Source: Neoechinorhynchus agilis
Taxonomy: Eukaryota > Animalia > Acanthocephala
NCBI GenBank assembly: GCA_051530055.1
Contig: CM121342.1
Location: 3,905,489 to 3,969,488, forward strand
DNA length: 64,000 nt
Direction: 5' to 3'
The stretch's first letter is position 1, and every line of letters begins with the position of its first letter. Below the pieces are notes generated by a model. The model was not told where the DNA came from, searched no databases, and saw nothing but the letters and a program-made list of their open reading frames with translations. A program made the translations under genes and the position numbers. Shown here piece by piece: positions 9,451 through 21,800 of this stretch.

Positions 9451-11352
9451 ATGGGAGGAAACTCACTAATGAGTCCCGCCTCCTCCCCGGGAGGTATCTG
9501 AGAATCCGGAGGAATGTCCATAATTGCGTCGAGGTGGTCAAGTGGATTAATGCCCGTGATCCCGATTAAGGGTCAACTGGTTCGAATCCGTTACCACCAA
9601 TGATGCACAACCAAAAGGGGACGAAATACCCCGTTGAAGGGAGGAGGAAACTCACTAATGAGTCCCGCCTCCTCCCCGGGAGGTATCTGAGAATCCGGAG
9701 GAATGTCCATAATTGCGTCGAGGTGGTCAAGTGGATTAATGCCCGTGATCCCGATTAAGGGTCAACTGGTTCGAATCCGTTACCACCAATGATGCACAAC
9801 CAAAAGGGGACGAAATGCCTCGTTGAAGGGAGGAAACTCACTAATGAGTCCCGCCTCCTCCCCGGGAGGTATCTGAGAATCCGGAGGAATGTCCATAATT
9901 GCGTCGAGGTGGTCAAGTGGATTAATGCCCGTGATCCCGATTAAGGGTCAACTGGTTCGAATCCGTTACCACCAATGATGCACAACCAAAAGGGGACGAA
10001 ATACCCCGTTGAAGGGAGGAAACTCACTAATGAGTCCCGCCTCCTCCCCGGGAGGTATCTGAGAATCCGGAGGAATGGGTCAACTGGTTCGAATCCGTTA
10101 CCACCAATGATGCACAACCAAAAGGGGACGAAATGCCTCGTTGAAGGGAGGAAACTCACTAATGAGTCCCGCCTCCTCCCCGGGAGGTATCTGAGAATCC
10201 GGAGGAATGTCCATAATTGCGTCGAGGTGGTCAAGTGGATTAATGCCCGTGATCCCGATTAAGGGTCAACTGGTTCGAATCCGTTACCACCAATGATGCA
10301 CAACCAAAAGGGGACGAAAAATCCCGTTGAAGGGAGGAGGAAACTCACTAATGAGTCCCGCCTCCTCCCCGGGAGGTATCTGAGAATCCGGAGGAATGTC
10401 CATAATTGCGTCGAGGTGGTCAAGTGGATTAATGCCCGTGATCCCGATTAAGGGTCAACTGGTTCGAACCGTTACCACCAATGATGCACAACCAAAAGGG
10501 GACGAAATACCCCGTTGAAGGGAGGAGGAAACTCACTAATGAGTCCCGCCTCCTCCCCGGGAGGTATCTGAGAATCCGGAGGAATGTCCATAATTGCGTC
10601 GAGGTGGTCAAGTGGATTAATGCCCGTGATCCCGATTAAGGGTCAACTGGTTCGAATCCGTTACCACCAATGATGCACAACCAAAAGGGGACGAAATACC
10701 CCGTTGAAGGGAGGAGGAAACTCACTAATGAGTCCCGCCTCCTCCCCGGGAGGTATCTGAGAATCCGGAGGAATGTCCATAATTGCGTCGAGGTGGTCAA
10801 GTGGATTAATGCCCGTGATCCCGATTAAGGGTCAACTGGTTCGAATCCGTTACCACCAATGATGCACAACCAAAGGGGACGAAATACCGCTGAAGGGAGG
10901 AGGAAACTCACTAATGAGTCCCGCCTCCTCCCCGGGAGGTATCTGAGAATCCGGAGGAATGTCCATAATTGCGTCGAGGTGGTCAAGTGGATTAATGCCC
11001 GTGATCCCGATTAAGGGTCAACTGGTTCGAATCCGTTACCACCAATGATGCACAACCAAAAGGGGACGAAATACCCCGTTGAAGGGAGGAAACTCACTAA
11101 TGAGTCCCGCCTCCTCCCCGGGAGGTATCTGAGAATCCGGAGGAATGTCCATAATTGCGTCGAGGTGGTCAAGTGGATTAATGCCCGTGATCCCGATTAA
11201 GGGTCAACTGGTTCGAATCCGTTACCACCAATGATGCACAACCAAAAGGGGACGAAATACCCCGTTGAAAGGAGGAAACTCACTAATGAGTCCCGCCTCC
11301 TCCCCGGGAGGTATCTGAGAATCCGGAGGAATGGATCCGGAGGAATGTACAA
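9451..11352 (+). repeat. Tandem array (~10 copies, 185-189 bp unit) of a tRNA-derived SINE with hammerhead-core strands
   Basis: Each unit has an A-box-like TGGTCAAGTGG, an anticodon-like stem-loop, B-box GGTTCGAATCC and ...ACCACCA, then GGGGAC-GAAA, CTCA-CTAATGA-GTCCC and GAGGTA-TC-TGAG; one unit (~10077) has an internal deletion. Confidence 0.9.
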
Positions 11353-11800
11353 ACTCTTTTACCGGATACATTAGAGACTATGTGGTTATATCACTTCTCT
11401 GATGTAATTGGTTTGGCTTCATGTCTAAAAAATAAGCCGGACAAGAAGGGACAAACAAAAATTTAATAATGATGCTTTTATTTTTGTTAAAAGACGTATT
11501 TTATTTTTATTTTATTGCACACATTCAATTCGTAGTTGTTTGCTAGAGATGTAATTAAAAGAGAGAAGCAAGGCAATGATGAAGTAGGAGTGATCGCAAG
11601 CTCCTCAATCACCACTCCTTGCTCCCGAACAAATGGTGGGACTTTCCGTTTAGAAGTGTTTTGCTAAAGAATGTTTTTAATCTGTCATTGAAATTAAGAG
11701 CCAATAGAGGAAGAAGAGTTCAAGAGTATTTCTTTCATTAGGTAAACATTTTCTAATTGATAATTGGGTTCCAAAAACACCTATTTTATCTTTAATTATC

Positions 11801-12233
11801 TTAAATCGCATACACTCGTGCCTTATGGAATGTCTTTGGAAGCTTCTTGGCTAACTCACACACTTTAGAAGCGCTCAGCCGCACTCGAGGGGCCGGGGCC
11901 TATGGGCGATCTCAACCCTGATCCCTACCCTTCTAGCAACCTCGCAACTTCCTCGTGGAACCCAGCGACCAGTGGATTTGAACTAGCGATCAACCGAGCG
12001 CACTTTGAACGCGCTTGTGCTTTTGCTTCCGTTATTCCTGATTTATCTTAAATCGCATACACTCATGGCCTTACGGCATGTCTTTGGGATCTTTTATCGT
12101 TCTTTTTGGGAGACTTGGCTAACACACTTCGGAGGCGCTCAGCCACACTCGAAGGGTCGGGGCCTATTTTCGGCCTCAAACCTGATCGCTACCCTTCCAG
12201 CAGCCTCGCAACTCCCCCGTGGATCCCATCGAC
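11801..12233. repeat. Diverged two-copy tandem duplication (~245 bp period), family unknown
   Basis: cttaaatcgcatacactc...gcgctcagcc.cactcga.ggg.cggggccta...cgacca at 11801-11970 and 12047-12233. Confidence 0.75.
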
Positions 12234-12317
12234 CAATCGAACCACTCAGCCCCTAAAAACATGTAAAAAACAACAACTTGATTTTATTGTACATGGTTTT
12301 TCACTGTTCAGAATGAT

Positions 12318-15300
12318 TTAGGTTATTTTAGCACAAGTAGGCGTTGTCATCAGAACCATGGTACCGCTCTTTTTAAAAGCGACTCTGTCTCCTGGTACCA
12401 AATTGATTATGTAAGAGTCGCGTTCAAAGTTAGCTTTAATGAATTTCACTATGTTAACTTTGAAAGGAATATCACGTCTAAAAAACGGTTTTTTAGAAAA
12501 TGATTCTTTTTGAGGATGAAAAGATCTCACTTTGAGTATAGGTAACACAACGTACAGACCAGTTCACAGATTCGGTCACCGCCGAGTGGATTTGTGTCCA
12601 AATGGAAAACGAGATCGTGTTGACGAGCGGACCGAAGAACCGCGAGTTGATCCGATTCGCCCGTAATATCGATTCCGATGAATTCACGGATTGGAATTGG
12701 TCGTTTCTTTACGATGAACTTCTTGACAGGATCAAGTTTATAGACTGAACGATCGGTAAAGACCAATGATCGATAATCTTCTTCTACTCGGGAATTCATC
12801 TAAGATTTCTGTCTCAATTGATATATGTAAATGCAAATCACCTTTATCGCATTCGAAGAAAACAATATCTCATTGAACGAATCCTGAAGCTTCAATGAGT
12901 GCATTTTCCTAACGTACATGAATGCATCCATGTGACTCATCTGTGATTTTTGTGTGGATTTTTTTAGAAAAACAAACGCCATTATAACTCACATCGGCAA
13001 GGTAATTCCCTTTCCATATTTGACCAAAACTGGTTATCATGAAATTTGGTCTATTTAAAAGAATCTTGCAACCAATCTCACGAAGTTCTATAATTCTCGT
13101 ATAAGATTTAAGTTGCTGCTTTGACTTGTTTAAAGCTTGCCACCTATTTTTGCAATTTTTTTATAAGCTTAGTTGAAAGCATAAAAACCACCTGAGAAAT
13201 ATCCTTGCGAAATCATCAATCGATTTTCCAAGGATTGCTGGAACTCGTGGACCAGTAATGGATTTTGCATTTTCAGTATTCCTGTGGGGTAGGCGGGGGG
13301 GGAAATGATTAATAAATACAATATTTGGGACCGGAAAAGTTAAAATGCATTTTGAAAACATGCAAATCTCAGATCATCAGATTTTCTGGCAATCTCATTA
13401 CTCCGAAGAAGATTTATTGCCACTAAATCCTTGACCGAATTATGACACAAATTTCAACCGATTCGCGGAAATACATTGAAAGATACATTCAAAATATTAA
13501 ACTGTCCAAAATATCAAAAAAACCTGCATCTCGGAACAGAAATTTCAACCGATTCGCGGAAATACATTGAAAGATACATTTAAAATATTAAACTGTCCAA
13601 AATATCAAAAAAACCTGCATCTCGGAACAGAAATTTCAACCGATTCGCGGAAATACATTGAAAGATACATTTAAAATATTAAACTGTCCAAAATATCAAA
13701 AAAACCTGCATCTCGGAACAGAAATTTCAACCGATTCGCGGAAATACATTGAAAGATACATTTAAAATATTAAACTCGGAACCCGTGAAAAGCTTTTTGA
13801 GTTGCTTCCATCGTGAAAGTACTAACAGATTTGCCTCGAGTAAGGCTTGAAAATATTTTCGTACTGTAGCCATGCGGTACCATCTACCAATAACAGTCGC
13901 AGCCTCTTCTTTTATGGTCAATCGTCTTTGGTACCAAGACCGAAATGCCTAATGGTAGAACTGTTTAACAAAGGTCATAAGCTTCCTACTTACCGATTGG
14001 AGAACAATGACGATATTTTCCATATCACATGCACGATTTCCTTCTAATGTGTAGAAACTTTCCTCGTCTTGGAAAAAGGCGTAAGATTTCCCAATAAAGA
14101 TACTCTTAACCAAATTGTACGATTTAACGATTTCTAGGGCGTTTATTGCCATGGTTGAAGGATCGACTGGAAGAGCGAACATTGTGTTTCTAACAGGCGA
14201 CAGCATCTTGTATCTATAAAGAATAATGGGTAAATTAAGAAGAAAAAACCCTAACAAGCACCTTTGAACAAAGTCTTTCAAATGCTGATACCGCTGAATC
14301 TTGCAAAGGTCCAGTACTAATGCTTGTTCGTAGATATTGTAAGCTTGCAGTTGCATTGCCACATTTTGATCGACGAATAAAGTCTCTTGAGTTCGAAATG
14401 GATCGATACACCTCAAATAAAATAGATCCTAAACTGATTAAACGCTAAAAATGTTTAAATCGAACAGTTTGAAGAATATACCCTTCCTTGAAGTTTGTTT
14501 AAAAGATGATAATACGCATTGTGGATTCTAAGAAAGGCGATTCCACGGCTGGATCGATTCTGATCGCCAATGTTCCATATTTGTTGGATGTATTTGTTTG
14601 AGCTTTGTTTCATTAGGTCATCAACAGCGATCGATACTCCACCGTCATCGAATAAAACATCAGTGAATCGATAAACGATTGGTTTTCCGAAATGACTTAT
14701 AATAAAGTTGTTCTGACTTCTTTTACAATAAAGTCCTACTCGATCTATAAAAGTTCGTGCATCATTAGCAGGATTACGCGTTAAATGTTGATTTAGAATT
14801 CCATTTGAAGGATTTTCGAACAGCTCTAGAATGTTAAGACTTATGTTTGGAGTTATCCGTTCTAAATCCGTATCCATTTCCGATTCACATATAGATTGAA
14901 TATCCACAATCTCATTTCTGATAAATATCTGATGCAGCTTTTCGTTTAAAAAATTTAAACATAGTCCATTAAAACTAATAACGTCTTTGATTTTAATAAT
15001 AAACATGATCCGTACCTGTTTGTTTGAGCTATATTTATCAATGGAATGTCTACTAACATTAAACTGTTCCTCGATACATTGGATGTTGCACTCAATTCAT
15101 CCAACGATCGATTTATTGCTCGACTTACCCAAATGAAAAGTCTCTCATACAACTCCTAAATATCAATTGTACGACTTAAACATTCGAGATCCGATTGAAC
15201 TTTTGAACATTTCTAATGAAAAATACGAAATTTTGGATTCAGTAAATTTATACATGAATTTAAAGGAAAAAACTTTGCGATAGACTAATGATCGTGATTT

Positions 15301-17668
15301 TGCTACAAAACTTAATTTACCTTTGCTAGATGACATCTTACAAAACTCTGCGGGATGGAATTGTTTGTTGAGTCAATTTTATTATAACTGGACGTCCCGA
15401 AATGATCCAAAATCTCAATAAGCTTAGCCAGTGGAACCGATAGAAGACTAGCTATCCACCAGGTACTATCAAAAGTCACTCCTGGATCCACTGTATTTGG
15501 ATTAGACGAACTTTTATCCTGGCTGAATTCAGTTGGAGGAAAAGTCATCTGTGAATATATTTATCGAATTCAAGTTATATTTCATTTTCAAAAAGTCTCA
15601 CCATGTGCAAAATAGCTGCTAAACAGGACCACACGGCATTACATTGGTCCTCGTGGAAATCCAATGTTTTCAGTGCAACTACAAGACGTCTAAATCCATC
15701 TTTGTGAACCTAATACATTCGCATTTATAACCAATTCTCGTTAGTTTTTGTTACAAACCCCACGGTGAGCGATGCGCCCAGTCGCTGAAAATCTTCTTAT
15801 AACCTCTGATAGACCATATCGTTGATTTAGAGATAATTCAGTGTTTCCGAACAGAAAGGAATAAAATATTGTAAAGAGCGCAAATTCTAGAACAAAAGAT
15901 GTTCTTGAATCTATGCTGTATAGTATCCCATGCTTGACAAGTGGCTCAAAAGCGGATTCTAAGTTTCGAAATGTAATAATATACGATTGCAAAAGTCTTT
16001 TTATTTTAAAATTTCTAATTTTTGTTATTTATATTAAGCTTCTTTTCTCTATAGAGTGTTCCTTTTAGGTCTTTAACAATGATTTATTTAACCGATATTT
16101 CACCTCTCGGTTAAAACTTTATAGCGTTATCCTGTGAAATAGAAACCTCTAAACTAGAGCAACACTGCATTTTACTAACTTCCATCGGTCGGTGAGGAAA
16201 CGTCGGGATTATGCGACTTGAAAAATATCGGAGAAATAAATCAGTGAATTTAAATTCCCGGGATACGACAAAACTAAGACTTAAATTAATATTTGGCGTG
16301 TAATTAAAGAATTATAGATTAATTAATTTTCGGCCTGAGCGTGGACCGGTCGTAAACACTTGCTAACAATATCTGAAGAAGGCCCACGCTCAGGCCGAAA
16401 ATTAATTAATTTATAATTCTTTAATTACACGTCAAATATCAATTTAACAATGGCAAATAAATATATTCAAGAACTAAGACTCTTCGCGAAATATTTCCAA
16501 TAAATCAAATATAGGTTATGATCGGGAGTATTTTCACCAAAATTATATAATGTTCATTGTTTTTTATGTTAACCTTTGAAGACAAAATCTCTTTAAAATC
16601 GGATATTTGGTTAAAGGAATTTAATTTGTCATTTTAACTACTTACTGTATCCAAAAGGAAAACGTTGACAGCCATCTTTCTAAGGGAGCCTTCCGAATCA
16701 AAGAATAATTCCACATATTTTCCAAAACAGCTTCGATTTTCCCCGCTGTCACTTTGAGCACTTCCCATTATTTGCAGCAAGATATCCGCTCGCAAAATAG
16801 TCAATCTGTATCGAAATACATCTTCGACATTCTCATTTGGACTGGTTATGGTATTCATGATCTCGTAGCATGATTTCGTCTTGCCTGATCCAGGCTGTCC
16901 TAGAAGCATATCTCAATTATTAGTCAACTTTTCGACAAATCTACGAACCAGTTATAATAACGCAACTTGGCCGGTTGTATATGGCACAATTTCGAACTAG
17001 CATTTTGGCGAATTTGTAGATGTGGGCGTTTTCGTCAAGATCACTCTTCCAAACAGCTCGAGCTTGTGCATCATTCAATGTTTCTTCAATATAATCGTTA
17101 ATTTTGATCGATAGAAGAGTCTTCTTTCCATTCCACAAGTATGGATTCCGTCTTCCGAACCTGGACAAGAGCAAATTGCTGATCTTGACTATAGGAATGA
17201 AGTACAGATAAATTTAGAGTATGTAGTTTAAGAGAAAAAAGAGACAATAAAAGCGTCTTTTACATCCCGTTCACGATCCATGGCAATTATTTATCAAAGA
17301 CTTCTCTCGTTCCCTATACCAAAATAGGAAGTATAATCATTTTATCAAAGATCCTCTTTTAAAACCTTTTAGAAACTTGTCCATATTCTATGGTATTAAA
17401 TAAATCATTCTTACCTGTCTCTAACCATTCGTACCATAGCAGCAAGTCTGGGATCTTCGATTTGGTCGTCTAAATCGTCAACACGATTTCCTCTTGATTT
17501 AATGTAATGCTTGAAATCAACCAAGGAGACAACACTGAGCTGATTGGTACTGAAATCTCCATCACCTAACATCAATCTGCAGTGCGTATTGTGAGAAACA
17601 ATTTTATGGAATACCGGAGCGCATAAGAATGTATATTTTGCAGAAAAAAAAGCGAGCTCATTTAGCAA
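12318..17668 (-). CDS. Divergent class-I myosin (motor, IQ, TH1 tail), multi-exon; exon boundaries only partly resolved
   Basis: VIITG/QPGSGKT P-loop joined by a GT-AG intron; FGKYVELFF; YERLFIWV..IN; IQ-like AATVIGRWYR; WKGNYLA; TH1-like RSLVFTDRSVYKLD...DQLAVL...DLVFHL. Confidence 0.8.
13450..13776. repeat. Tandem array, 91-bp unit, ~3.5 copies, inside the myosin neck region
   Basis: atttcaaccgattcgcggaaatac recurs at 13451, 13542, 13633 and 13724. Confidence 0.95.
16283..16445. mobile_element. Foldback/MITE-like inverted repeat (~62-bp arms) in a myosin intron
   Basis: aaattaatatttggcgtgtaattaaagaattatagattaattaattttcggcctgagcgtgg pairs with ccacgctcaggccgaaaattaattaatttataattctttaattacacgtcaaatatcaattt. 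Confidence 0.85.
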
Positions 17669-18847
17669 ACGGAAAATGCATTCGTGTTAACAAACATTCA
17701 AAAACAATCTTTAGCGAGAGTGAAACTCATTTGTGGCGAATTTCAATAAGGATTTTCTTTTTGCAATTTCTCAGCAACGAAACTTGCGATGAAGTCCGAC
17801 AAAACGGACGAAATATTGAACATTTATATCAAAATTTCGATACGTGAGAGGAGGTGCCGGGGTATACAATTAGAAGAATTATTTAGAAGTCTCTTCACCC
17901 ATTAAATATAATTTTTTTCGATTAAATACGTTCTACGAACCTCGTTTAAAAGACGCTACAAACTAATGATGATTGCGACGAGGTTTGTCTTTAATCGAAA
18001 AATAACTATAAGATGTTTATTTATCACCAATCCACAAGAGATTGCTCTACAGACTGTTTCCGTAAAAACAAAAGTTATTAATTTTTCGAGAAGCCCAAGC
18101 TTCATCAAACAACTTTGACGACGGAATTTTGTTGCTGCTAAGGAATTCTATAGTGTATTAAAAAACCCCACTACATTCCTAATAACTATAAAATGAAATT
18201 GAACAATTAGCCGAATGATGAAGTTTTGTCCAATCTTACTATTAGAAAACGAGAAAAATTATAATTTTGATTCGTTTTTTAGTCATTATTTCACACCAAT
18301 TATCGGTTGTCGATAAAAAAAATTATGGTTCTTTACGCAATTCAGCCTTAAATCTACAAGAATTTATGATTGAATTGTTCCTTTTCATTAATTTCAACTG
18401 GAGCACTCATCGAATTTTAAAACAAGAGAAATGCGTAAAATGTTTCTCTGCTTCAGCGACGAGCCATATCACGGAGAATGAGTCATGTTTCTTGTCTGTA
18501 GCAATGTTCCATTTGAATTTTTGTTTTCATAAGATACGTTTCTCTGAACTGGACTTGGTGATCTACAAACGAAGTGAAACACAATAAAACTATGGTTTGC
18601 TCTGAGAAATTTCGTTAAGGGCAACAACAAAATCCATGAACTTTTGATTGCGTTAATCCAATCCCACCAAAAAATAAACCAATTGATTCAGTCTACAGAT
18701 CAATTTAAAAAGATCGCTAATATTTTCCTTTACGGACGCTAAATCGGAATGCTTTCTTAATATACAATTCATCAGATCGTTTTCTCGTTCCTGTGATTTC
18801 CAATAACCTTCAAACATCAGTCTTTAATTCCATTTACATCCTCTAAA

Positions 18848-21800
18848 TCAACGCAATCTTTTCGACAACGGTCTACAATATGTCCATCCAGTTTGAGCTA
18901 CACCATCGACAACATAACGAGCACAGTGACTAAAATGTCTAGGTTTCCACAGCTCCGAACTCTCCAATCTTTCCGCAGCTTCTTTTCTTTGTCTATCTTC
19001 CAACTTACGTTTAGCTTCCGTGGCTTTATCGAGATGATTAGTGCAAAGAAAGTAGGTAACGTCCTTCCAAAGACGCCTAGACTCGTTCTCATCTTGATCT
19101 TTAATGGACTTAATCCTCTTTGGGATCATAACTGAAGTTTTTACATCGAAGAAAATATCCTGTGGCATATTCTGGGAATCTGGAGCCATCTTTCTGATAT
19201 AAATGCGATCATTCCACTCACCATCGATTGTGTAAAGAGTCCGACGATCATGACTGATTGTTCCCAATACTCGATTCTTTTTCCCACCATAAAATGGCTT
19301 AGTTTGAAAATCAATATCACTCCTATATCCGGTCTGCTTACACTCAATGTACACTTTACCGCCCAATTCGAACCAAGGAATCGAAAATATAGATCGGCCG
19401 TATGCGCTCGGAAATGTCATTATGTACTCTTCACCGTATTGAAGTAGTCGAAGTCTAGTGAGTCCAACCATATGAACCGATACAGACATTCCCAGAAACC
19501 GAGATTTTGTCCAAATCGAACCTTCGATCTCGATCTGATTGGGAATATGTTCTGCGTAATAGGCAGAAACTAAATTTTATAATGAAATTTAGAAAAACGC
19601 ATCAGACGATATGTTTAGATTAATAAGAAATCTTTTTTCGAAACGAGATGCTTTAAATTCGATCGAAAAAATCTAAGGTACGTTTGATCGATGAGGTGGA
19701 AAAGAAATTTCGATCGCTAACAAGAACGTTTGCAATGAAACAAAAGCGAGAGACTGTCGATTATTTCCAGCTTTTTATATAAAATTCAATTAAAGAAATT
19801 AGACGTACCGGGTGGATGATGACTGACTTGCTCTGCAATAAAACACACATCAGTATAATTTGCCCATGGAACAGGTTTTTCGCTATTAAAATCACCACCT
19901 CGGTCATTTTCGTCGAGTGAATAGAAACAATAGAAGACTTCCCCAAGGATTGGATTGTAAGGCTTTTTAGGTACGAGAGTCCGTCTACCAGCATGAAACG
20001 CCGACAAATACCACTTGACAGTCTGTAGCATTCTATCCTCGGCTGTATCCATTTTAGCGATATCAGCAAAGAAATCAGGATGAGCCAAAAAATCTGCAAT
20101 CATTTCTAAAAAGCTTCGGCGCTCCAAGATGAACGTTGGAAGCGTCACTCGTGTAAGATCCATGCCGATTTTAACTTGACTAAGTAAATGCATGAAAATG
20201 CTCGTATCAACTCGACGTTCCTCCATGTCCTCTTGATCACAACAAGCATCGTATTTGTCCCACATGGACAAAGATTGTTGGTTCTTTGGCGGTGGTGCCG
20301 TTCTTATTGTGATTGAAGATCTAGATCGATCCTCAATCATTGGGAATGGTTTGTTTTGTTTTAGAGGAGAAAAGTCCGGTCCGGTTTTGGGAGGCTCAGA
20401 AACCATCGAGACCGAATCAACCGCATCGAAGAATATATCATCAAGGTCATCAGCATATACAGCATCCTGATCGCCGTCGCTTCCTTCATCTGAGCTGAGA
20501 ATTGAAGTACTCTCGATAGGAGGATCTAAATTAGAAAGTGCAAAATAAAGAAATGGTTAGAATGTTCTCAAAATCCAGCTTTTACCCATAAAATAACAGA
20601 TTCTTAAACTATTGGATTTCGGGCACAAGAATGTCCGTAGGATTCTTACTATGGAAACGAAAATACGAGCAGTTCAACCAAACAAACCCTTTTATTGAGA
20701 AAAATTCAAAGTGGAAAAAAGGTCAGTGAATTTAAACGAATCAGTTCAAATGATACGAGTACACTAAAAGATTTTCCGATCACATACCTGGATTGATTGT
20801 AGTGACCGGTTCCTCAATTTGAAGAATCGATAGATCAGGCATCGACGAAGACTGGTCGATATTCGCTTCAGCCATTTGAAGTAAAACAATTGAGTATTTG
20901 ATCGAATCGGCAAATTTCTGCAATGATAATAGTTCAAGTGAGAAATTTAAATCTATGTAAACCTTTGCTTGATATACGACTTTGTGTGCAGCATCATGTC
21001 TGACACTGCTGTCATTGCTAATTTTAACTTCGAGATTCTAAATAAATTTAGGTGGTAAGCTTAATTATACGAATATCAAAAAAAGGTACGTGAATATTAT
21101 CGAGCATAAGCTGAAGGAAGGCGTCCAGTTCAGCAAGCTTTCTTGCAAATGGACCAGAAGCACCCGAAGTTGAAAGAGCAGCTAAATACGGACTCGTATC
21201 TGCACATTTCTGGATTGAATTAATCCACTCTTCACGATCATTGGGATCCTTGGCTTGGAAATGGAATGCTTTATTTTCCACTGTGATTGTGAACATACAA
21301 TCATCATCATCGTCAATACCAACGACTGCATTCTTTAATCTGACTACTCCACGACGATCATTCGCTTCGAAATTCTCTTTACTCGTGTAATACCATAAGG
21401 CAATCGGATCATTCGGATTTAATGGAGAGCGGCGGGGGGAAAGGATCAACCGGATTTCAATAACGAAATCAAAGCTAACTTTTTATATATTTTTTGAAAA
21501 TATTAATTAAAAACAATGAAAGTGGTCCTCAGTTATCAGCCCGACTCGATATCATAACGACTTATCAGTAAAAACGATTGATAAAATAAGTATTTTGTCT
21601 AAAAAGCGTAGAAATCCAAAAAAATCTCAACAAAAAGACCCTTTAAAGATTCAAATGATGGCCGATGCACAGTAGAGCGCAGGCCCGTTGATCCAGAACA
21701 AGATATCGATTCTGAAAAGATTCAATAACGAAATCAAAGCTAACTTTTTATATATTTTTAAAAATATTAATTAAAAACAATGAAAGTGGTCCTCGAGTAT

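Noticed and set aside
8852-10611. ORFs beginning MTTSTQLWTF... and MMHNQKGTK...
   Set aside because: Incidental frames of the SINE repeat, or antisense to the PHD ORF.
9451-11352. CRISPR array or functional tRNA gene cluster
   Set aside because: There are no unique spacers and the context is eukaryotic. The cloverleaf lacks a properly placed 7-bp acceptor stem and U33, so it is a tRNA-derived SINE head rather than a tRNA.
15860-15990. Further hairpin-type insert in a myosin exon
   Set aside because: Only a weak, interrupted stem, and the protein is too divergent to define an insertion.
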